From positions 97,087 through 161,086 of the IMG/VR virus record IMGVR_UViG_3300029349_000001: a stretch of 64,000 nt of DNA; one strand, given 5' to 3'. Shown piece after piece: positions 57,567 through 64,000 of the stretch (position 1 is its first letter; every line of letters starts with the position of its first letter). The notes beneath the pieces are model-generated. The model did not search any database and was not told the origin of the DNA. It was given only the letters and a program-made list of their open reading frames with translations. This DNA comes from a virus. A program made the translations under genes and the position numbers.

Positions 57567-58571
57567 ATGACCATATATCAAAAATTAGGACTTGTATTGA
57601 TTTGTTTATTACTACTATTCCACCATAGTAAAAATACACCAAATATAGACCATATCCCCCAACCCATTAATAGGCCTGTTATAGTTGAGCCTAAAGTAGA
57701 ATTGTCTTTAGAAGAAGTACTAAATACTATTGACGAAAACAGCATCAAACAAAATATAGCAATATTAAGTAGTAAGGAGTTGTGCGGAAGAGGTACTGGA
57801 ACTAATGGGGCTGTTTTGGCTAGTAAATTAATACAAGAGCAATTAACTAAGTTAAAAATTCCATATTCGATACAGAACTTTAAGGCTAGAGGTCTTGATG
57901 CTCATAATGTAATAGGATATATTGAGTCCACAAAAAATAAAAATGATATTATAGTGATAGGCGCCCACTACGATCATCTTGGTGGTAATAATGAGCGATT
58001 TTTTCCCGGTGCTGATGATAATGCTAGTGGTGTTGCTGGTGTGCTAGAAATAGCCAAAGCACTATCAGCATATAAAGATAAGCTAAATAAGACTATATCT
58101 ATACAATTTTATTCAGCAGAAGAGATGGGTTTGATAGGTAGTTCTTTCTATTGTAAAAATCCTATACTTCCACTGAATGAACCAGATATTAACAAACATA
58201 TCGCAATGATTAATCTAGATATGATAGGATATTTAAAAACCAAATACGGCATCCATGACAACTGCACAACATGGAAATTAGATAAAGAGTACAGAACCTT
58301 TAATAATTATAGACTGACTCTAGACCTCAAAGAGACAGTCAAAGATCTATCTAAGAAGTATCCGTTTGCAAATAATATTAGTGGATATAGACCGGGAGGA
58401 AGTGACCATGCCCCATTTTATAACCAAGGTATTCCTGTAATTTTCTTACACACAGGATTACATCCGTATTATCATAAAACAACAGATACGCCAGACAAAC
58501 TTAATTATACTGGGATTAAGAATATTGCTAAATTAGCAACAGAAATTATTCTGCAAATAGATAAGAATTAA
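57567..58571 (+). CDS. M28 family peptidase
   Basis: GAHYDH, GADDNASG, AEEMG, NLDMIG, SDHAPF, YHKTTD. Confidence 0.93.
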   Translation: MTIYQKLGLVLICLLLLFHHSKNTPNIDHIPQPINRPVIVEPKVELSLEEVLNTIDENSIKQNIAILSSKELCGRGTGTNGAVLASKLIQEQLTKLKIPYSIQNFKARGLDAHNVIGYIESTKNKNDIIVIGAHYDHLGGNNERFFPGADDNASGVAGVLEIAKALSAYKDKLNKTISIQFYSAEEMGLIGSSFYCKNPILPLNEPDINKHIAMINLDMIGYLKTKYGIHDNCTTWKLDKEYRTFNNYRLTLDLKETVKDLSKKYPFANNISGYRPGGSDHAPFYNQGIPVIFLHTGLHPYYHKTTDTPDKLNYTGIKNIAKLATEIILQIDKN

Positions 58572-58753
58572 TCTTGGGTAGGCAATACAAGAGCAAGTAG
58601 TAGGTAAACCCAAAGCAAAATACTACCTGTAAATATTGCACCTAATACGAAAGCGATTCTGATAAGGGCCGCATCTACCCCTAGACTATCTGACAGTCCA
58701 CCACAAACACCAAACAAGACTCTTTTATTATTGGATTTATGTAGGTTACTCAT
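58568..58753 (-). CDS. PspC domain protein
   Basis: GVCGGL..DAALIRIAFV..YLLLALVLP. Confidence 0.88.
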   Translation of the reverse strand: MSNLHKSNNKRVLFGVCGGLSDSLGVDAALIRIAFVLGAIFTGSILLWVYLLLALVLPTQD

Positions 58754-58865
58754 ATTATGAAGCCTTTATAGTAGTTGTATTAATAATTTGTTCTATTTGA
58801 TAGTTAGAATATCCACAAACTAACATCATGTTATGATAATTAGAAATAAGCATCAAATCTGACAT

Positions 58866-59147
58866 TTATTTTGTCTCCGCATTTAATGTAATTTTAGTAA
58901 TGAGATAGTCGGGATTATCTGTATCTATAATCTCTATACCAACTACCCTTCCTCTACCTAAAAAATCTCGACCTATATGTACCATAGGCCCACCATCAAA
59001 ATCAACATAAGAAATAGCGTGTTCGTTTTCTCCGCCTAGTCTTGTATGATTTGCAATTCCTTCTACTAAAAATTGATTTTCATTTATTTGGGTGATTATA
59101 AATTTACTTTTAGAAGATCTAGTTATACTAGACACACACAGCCTCAC
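58866..59147 (-). CDS. Hypothetical protein
   Basis: VDFDGGP. Confidence 0.6.
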   Translation of the reverse strand: MRLCVSSITRSSKSKFIITQINENQFLVEGIANHTRLGGENEHAISYVDFDGGPMVHIGRDFLGRGRVVGIEIIDTDNPDYLITKITLNAETK

Positions 59148-59328
59148 TGTCGAGTACTAAGTCTTTGTTATTTTCTGACGCTAGACCTATAAGAACGTCT
59201 TGTAATCTTTGATTCTCTATTTCTAGTGCGGAAATAATATTCTCGGCTTCTGCTAGGGCTCTATGAAGATGCTTAACTTTATTAGCCAACTCATCTGCAA
59301 CATAACTATTTAATGACTTAACAACCAT
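59128..59328 (-). CDS. Small coiled-coil protein
   Basis: ORF with GGAG RBS. Confidence 0.6.
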   Translation of the reverse strand: MVVKSLNSYVADELANKVKHLHRALAEAENIISALEIENQRLQDVLIGLASENNKDLVLDSEAVCV

Positions 59329-59386
59329 AGCAATATCTCCTAATAAGAGAGAGAAATTATTGTGCTAATATATTTATACACCTTGT

Positions 59387-59668
59387 TTACTTTAGATCTA
59401 GACCATCCAAAAAATTTTTTAAGTCGATTAACTGCTTATTATTTAACATTATGGCATCTGCATACGGTTTCTTTTTTACTAAAACCTGCCAACAGTATCT
59501 AAGTCGCTGCCATATTGACATCTTATCTCTAATTGCGACATTGGTTTCATAGATAGCAAAGTCAGCCATTTTAATTTCATGGTCATACTCTATAAGAAGT
59601 ATTTCACTTCTACAATCGCATGGAATGAATAGGGTCTTATTTTCCTTTAGTTTTGTCACGCTGCCCAT
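59387..59668 (-). CDS. Hypothetical protein
   Basis: CDC..WQRLRY. Confidence 0.6.
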   Translation of the reverse strand: MGSVTKLKENKTLFIPCDCRSEILLIEYDHEIKMADFAIYETNVAIRDKMSIWQRLRYCWQVLVKKKPYADAIMLNNKQLIDLKNFLDGLDLK

Positions 59669-59756
59669 GTTTAAAAATCCTATCGTAATTTTTTTCCCAG
59701 GTTTTTTGATCTACACTTTTTGGTCTAGGTTTTGATCCTTTGCCATTCTGGCTCAT
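59637..59756 (-). CDS. 39-aa phage peptide (below ORF-track cutoff)
   Basis: MSQNGKGSKPRPKSVDQKTWEKNYDRIFK...; fills gap between two ORFs. Confidence 0.6.
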   Translation of the reverse strand: MSQNGKGSKPRPKSVDQKTWEKNYDRIFKHGQRDKTKGK

Positions 59757-60463
59757 GCTTGATCCTCCAGCACAAAACTCCAGTATCTACTATCTTCTTT
59801 CTTTTGCAGATCATCCCAGTAAATAGATCGGGCGATATAGGATGGAATTTTATGCTTACCACAATTCACCATCCAGTGTCGCTCCATTTTCTTATACAAG
59901 CCTGATCCAACCTTACTTTTATTATACTTGAGAGACTCAATATCGTAAAGTCTAAGTTGATGTACGTCACCACAGAGTACCCTTGCCTCATTAGGATGAA
60001 TCATTTCCAAGGCAAAACTAATTTTGGCTAGACCAATACCACTAATCTTATTAAGTATGCTATCACGCTTCTTAACATGATACTTTTTGGTAGTAAAATA
60101 AAAGTCTTTCGGACTTGCCCAAAACTTGGTGCTAAAATCCCAAATATAATTGGTACGATTATTGTGGAGTCCAACACCGCTCTTATGGAGTTTTTCCAAC
60201 AACATATCTTTACTGTCTACCCATTCATGGAAATTCTTGATAGCATTATATCCCTTGACATTTCCTTGCCAAGTGGTGTGTACGCTGCAATAGGCAAACA
60301 AATAGCGTCGAAAAATATCGTCGTTGTTCTTGGGACGAACACTCTCCCAATAGTCTTTATATGCGACTATCTTATCTTTAGGAAAGTTCTTAAAAAATTC
60401 GTCTGCCTTAGATGTATTAATTTCTACAACAGGATTGCTACTAACCGTATTCTCAATAATCAT
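59753..60463 (-). CDS. HhH-superfamily DNA glycosylase/lyase (Ogg-like)
   Basis: ISGIGLAKISF HhH followed by DVH. Confidence 0.7.
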   Translation of the reverse strand: MIIENTVSSNPVVEINTSKADEFFKNFPKDKIVAYKDYWESVRPKNNDDIFRRYLFAYCSVHTTWQGNVKGYNAIKNFHEWVDSKDMLLEKLHKSGVGLHNNRTNYIWDFSTKFWASPKDFYFTTKKYHVKKRDSILNKISGIGLAKISFALEMIHPNEARVLCGDVHQLRLYDIESLKYNKSKVGSGLYKKMERHWMVNCGKHKIPSYIARSIYWDDLQKKEDSRYWSFVLEDQA

Positions 60464-60489
60464 GTATAGTCTCCAAGTGGTATGCTGCG

Positions 60490-60518
60490 ATTGTACTCTA
60501 ATGGTATCGTCTTGTCAA
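60490..60518 (-). promoter_or_regulatory. Sigma70-type promoter
   Basis: TTGACA-N17-TACAAT. Confidence 0.8.
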
Positions 60519-60593
60519 GACCCGTTTCTTTAGGTTTTATAGCCAACTGGTGTATAAAAGTGTAAGGTTTTATGTTTTTACAGGATTTAAATT

Positions 60594-61172
60594 ATGAAAA
60601 AACAATGCACAAAATGTAAGAAAAAATTACCCGCAACTAAGAAATATTTTCATACCAATAAAACAGGCTTTAGAGCCAGATGTATAACTTGTCATAAAGA
60701 ACAGTGTAAACAATATTATCAAAAGAATATAGATAAGTTTCTAGCATACAAAGAAAATAATCATACTAAAATATTAAAAGCAAAAAAGAAATATAGACAA
60801 AAAAATAAAAAGAAAATTGCTGAATATAAGTATTGGTATCATAAAAATAGGTATAAAAATGATTTACAGTATAGATTATTGCATAACTGTGGAAATCATA
60901 TAAGAAAATATCTAAAACAAGATAAAAACGATAAACGGTCAACAGAATTGTTGGGATGTTCTATACTAGAATTGAAGGTATATCTAGAAAAACAATTTGA
61001 TAATAAAATGTCATGGAAAAATTATGGTACTTATTGGCATATCGACCATATCATTCCATGTTCTAGTTTTGACTTTACCGATCCCATACAACAACAACAG
61101 TGTTTTCATTATACAAATTTACAGCCACTAGAGGCAAAAGCAAATATTAAAAAAGGAAATAAAATACTTTAG
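60594..61172 (+). CDS. Free-standing HNH endonuclease
   Basis: CTKC..CITC; LGCS..MSWKNYG.WHIDHIIP..FHYTNLQPL..N..K; antisense to neighbours. Confidence 0.88.
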   Translation: MKKQCTKCKKKLPATKKYFHTNKTGFRARCITCHKEQCKQYYQKNIDKFLAYKENNHTKILKAKKKYRQKNKKKIAEYKYWYHKNRYKNDLQYRLLHNCGNHIRKYLKQDKNDKRSTELLGCSILELKVYLEKQFDNKMSWKNYGTYWHIDHIIPCSSFDFTDPIQQQQCFHYTNLQPLEAKANIKKGNKIL

Positions 61173-62476
61173 ATATCTCTGTTATCTCCATATATGTATG
61201 CCAGTGTGGGAAATCTTAGGGATGTTGTTCCGTCTTGGTTCTTTGTTTCTTCAAAATAGTTAACTCGAATAATTTTACCCAAAATATCTTGTGGATTTTG
61301 ATAAAAATATTGTCTTTGTTCAATATCAAACCCACTGCCTACTCTTACCTTATATCCTTTATGCTCAATAGTTACGCATGACAGCATTTCTTCTTCACAT
61401 TCTCTACCATCTTTAACGTATCGAAACGGCCCCATCTCAACTTCAATCACAGAATATTCTGCGTCTTGAAATTCCTTAAACTTTAGCAAATCTTTGCTTC
61501 TTTTACCCTTATAAGGTTCATCTGCTCGTAGCATAAGTCCTTCATACCCATAATCTTTACTCTTTTTAATCCATTCCTGAAAATGGTCATCATCTTTAAT
61601 AAGTTCTTGACCAAGCACACTAAGACAAGCACAGGTATTATTTCGCATAACTTCTCTCAGATTATTATAGCGAACAGAATATGGACGATTCTTCTCGCCT
61701 TTCTTGCTATAAAATTCATCGTGCGTAATCATATCAAAAATCTTAAAAGACGGATTAGGGATCGTATGATCCTTCTTTTTCAGTTGCTTCATCACTCCTT
61801 GAAAATCTTCATTGCCATCTTCATCTACAAGACAAAGTTCGCCGTCAAATACTACATCAGTAATCCCCAAAGCCTTAATGCCACCACTAACAACACCAAG
61901 AGTATCAAACTCTTTTCCCGTACGGGAATAAAAGGTAGTGTTCCCATCAGAATCAACAATAGCGATACATCTAGCACCGTCAATTTTTCTACTAACATAC
62001 CAACCGTCCTTCCAGTTTACAAGTTTAGGCTCGTATTTATCTGCAAGAGCAACACTAAACTCTGGAATATGGTCAGGAATTGCTTTATTGATAATTTTAT
62101 CACCGGCACGGGTTTTCAAATCCTTGTCAATAATACAATGAACCAGTTCCTCATATTCCGAATAATCATCTATAAATGTATTGACAGCCCCGATAGCATC
62201 GTGACCAGTAATATTACGACTCTTTAGATCATCCAAAAGATCAAACAGATTTTTATAATGCTTACCTCTCAAAGAATTCTTTTTCTTGAGGTTATCACTG
62301 GTGACATTATACTGCCACAAAGGATGATAGGTATAGAGCAGAATTTTCTTCGTAAAAATTGCGTTTTTGGTATTGTCTCCGCAATAATCTTCAATAATTC
62401 CTTGCTTGTCTATGGTGCTGCTAGTCGCCCTAAGATCACGAACCATACCCCAAACATAATCAAAATCGTGAGTCAT
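61169..62476 (-). CDS. ATP-dependent DNA ligase
   Basis: KIDGAR, FDGEL, FD, EGLMLR, LLKFK, VGSGF, LRFP. Confidence 0.95.
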   Translation of the reverse strand: MTHDFDYVWGMVRDLRATSSTIDKQGIIEDYCGDNTKNAIFTKKILLYTYHPLWQYNVTSDNLKKKNSLRGKHYKNLFDLLDDLKSRNITGHDAIGAVNTFIDDYSEYEELVHCIIDKDLKTRAGDKIINKAIPDHIPEFSVALADKYEPKLVNWKDGWYVSRKIDGARCIAIVDSDGNTTFYSRTGKEFDTLGVVSGGIKALGITDVVFDGELCLVDEDGNEDFQGVMKQLKKKDHTIPNPSFKIFDMITHDEFYSKKGEKNRPYSVRYNNLREVMRNNTCACLSVLGQELIKDDDHFQEWIKKSKDYGYEGLMLRADEPYKGKRSKDLLKFKEFQDAEYSVIEVEMGPFRYVKDGRECEEEMLSCVTIEHKGYKVRVGSGFDIEQRQYFYQNPQDILGKIIRVNYFEETKNQDGTTSLRFPTLAYIYGDNRDI

Positions 62477-62503
62477 CCAAAAAATCTCCTGTGTGTTCAG
62501 CGT

Positions 62504-62532
62504 ATTGTATCATACGCCAATCCTATTGTCAA
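62504..62532 (-). promoter_or_regulatory. Sigma70-type promoter
   Basis: TTGACA-N17-TACAAT upstream of ligase. Confidence 0.8.
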
Positions 62533-62741
62533 GTATCGACTGTTTTCTTCCGTTTCTTGAATACATTTGCTAACAGACCCACTAAATCGCTTCCAGTGGT
62601 TTGAAACCAACAAGGAAATATAGCATGAATCATTAAACATAATCCAGCCACTAAACACACCACACCATGCATCCAAGCAAAATGAAAATGCTGTAAATAA
62701 GTCATGTTGTTTTCTGTAAGGTGTTCTTTAATCTTGTTCAT
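62529..62741 (-). CDS. Small conserved membrane protein
   Basis: HL....TYLQHFHFA..IHAIFP. Confidence 0.7.
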   Translation of the reverse strand: MNKIKEHLTENNMTYLQHFHFAWMHGVVCLVAGLCLMIHAIFPCWFQTTGSDLVGLLANVFKKRKKTVDT

Positions 62742-63078
62742 GTTGTCGCCTCGACAAGAAATAGTTCATAGCATTAACAATGCCGCTTAAATCATCACCT
62801 AATTTACCTATGCCAGTATTACACTTATCACACAGCCATCCTCTAAAAGAATCATTCTTGTGGTCATGATCCAAACACCATTTCATCGGGACTTTTTTGC
62901 AGCACTCGCATACCTCTGGTTTTTCTGGTGCTTTCTTATGTAATTGATTTCTTATCTTAGAATGTTTCTTTACGCATTTTTTGCATCTTGTATCAAGATT
63001 ATCTTTGTACATAGTATGCTTAGAAAAACTTTTTCTGTTTTTACGTTCGCCACAATATGCACAAATTTTTCTAGACAT
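62728..63078 (-). CDS. Endonuclease VII-like protein
   Basis: CECC..LDHDH..RGWLCDKCNTGIG. Confidence 0.88.
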   Translation of the reverse strand: MSRKICAYCGERKNRKSFSKHTMYKDNLDTRCKKCVKKHSKIRNQLHKKAPEKPEVCECCKKVPMKWCLDHDHKNDSFRGWLCDKCNTGIGKLGDDLSGIVNAMNYFLSRRQHEQD

Positions 63079-63634
63079 TTTTTATATCTTTAATTAAGTC
63101 ATTCATATTTCTAAGATTAATAGCCTCTATAACATAAGCACCATGTAAAGACTGAATTGGTCCATTATATGTAGATTTAGGTAAATCTGAATCTTTGGCC
63201 CATCCTACCAAATGACATTTATAGGGACGCTCTTTAGGAACCAATCCTAAAACATATATCCAATCATCATGTCTTTCTTTTGGCCTAACTAATAGTCTAT
63301 AGTTTAGTGGATTGCTAGAATATCTCATCAAACTACCTTTAATATCGACATTAGATAATCCTATTATATCTACCCCACCATCTCCTTGTTTGGGATTTTT
63401 ATTAGCCTTTTCTCTGGCTTTAATATAACCCTCTGAAGATCCGGTCAGAATTATAGATCCACAAAATGTAGAAATTTGACCAACGAGTTGATCCTCTGAC
63501 AAATTATTATGTCTTTGTTTAGATGATCTAAATTGAGATTTGCCACCAATCTCTGCTAGTTTAGCATTGCTAATAATTAAATCGGTATACTTTATATCGA
63601 CTGTGTGAGTAATCACATCTTTGTCTGTAAGCAT
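63071..63634 (-). CDS. PD-(D/E)xK-like nuclease
   Basis: GDGGVD..VDIKG..VGWA. Confidence 0.55.
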   Translation of the reverse strand: MLTDKDVITHTVDIKYTDLIISNAKLAEIGGKSQFRSSKQRHNNLSEDQLVGQISTFCGSIILTGSSEGYIKAREKANKNPKQGDGGVDIIGLSNVDIKGSLMRYSSNPLNYRLLVRPKERHDDWIYVLGLVPKERPYKCHLVGWAKDSDLPKSTYNGPIQSLHGAYVIEAINLRNMNDLIKDIKNV

Positions 63635-63827
63635 TAGATTATTTTTTTGTATTTTTTTTATCAGATAAAGGTATATCTGTGAACTTACTAAGTTTTTTTG
63701 TTAGTTTATTAAAATACTTATCTTCTATCAGATTTTCAATATCTTTGTCTTTTTGTTTTTTAAATTTTTTAAGTGCTTTTTTCCAGAAACTCATTCATTT
63801 TTCCTTAATATTAATGATGATTTTAAA

Positions 63828-64000
63828 GTGGAGACGAGGGGAGTCGAACCCCTGTCTTGAGATATTTCTAATTACATCTTCTACAAGTTTATTTTGTTCA
63901 TAAGTTTTAAGAAAGATTAAAGTACAAACAACATTCATCTTTCCGTACCAACTAATCTCAGGCTAGAACCCGTTGGCTATTCTAGCAGCCGAAGGATTTT
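63828..64000 (-). ncRNA. ssrA: tmRNA, 3' portion (runs off window)
   Basis: ..AAACTTGTAGAAG..CAAGACAGGGGTTCGACTCCCCTCGTCTCCAC matches the tmRNA 3' domain; no anticodon arm adjacent. Confidence 0.8.

Noticed and set aside
61583-62227. Long antisense ORFs (also 9000..9509, 48159..48575, 18086..18382 and similar)
   Set aside because: Shadows of well-supported minus-strand genes, with no motifs
63679-63903. Plus-strand ORF containing WRRGESNP
   Set aside because: Typical antisense translation of a tmRNA/tRNA T arm
1-64000. Amber (TAG) stop-codon recoding suggested by the CUA tRNA-like element
   Set aside because: Conserved genes are full length in the standard code, and TAG ends genes at natural boundaries (e.g. 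10168, 24304, 54959)

Overview
AT-rich, gene-dense, mostly minus-strand 64-kb segment of a large tailed bacteriophage genome. The host is inferred to be a Planctomycete/PVC bacterium from several secreted-protein families; this is not proven. Replication, recombination and repair genes: primase (partial), DnaB, RecA/UvsX, RuvB, a RepB-type primase, ATP-dependent ligase, endonuclease VII and an HhH glycosylase. Nucleotide metabolism: class II RNR, dCMP deaminase, GMP reductase and an NDT-like protein. Also present are PhoH, ClpP, a sigma factor, rIIA/rIIB, about 15 kb of glycosyl-/methyltransferase genes, seven predicted peptidases, probable virion accessory proteins and the 3' end of a tmRNA. 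Highlights: (1) a tRNA-Leu(UAA) split by a compact 196-nt group I intron, with a convergent free-standing HNH nuclease whose stop codon overlaps the tRNA 3' end; (2) a volactin-like actin preceded by a small membrane protein; (3) a protein with two differently circularly permuted FGE/C-type-lectin-fold domains joined by a mucin-like linker, in a genome that also encodes a GT60-type protein GlcNAc transferase; (4) a cryptic tRNA-like element with a possible CUA anticodon after rIIB; (5) RuvB paired with a zinc-ribbon/RuvA-domain-III protein; (6) a possible protease-based lysis/envelope cassette; (7) two promoter classes (sigma70-type and a GGTGTAT motif). All family assignments come from motif recognition by eye, not database searches.
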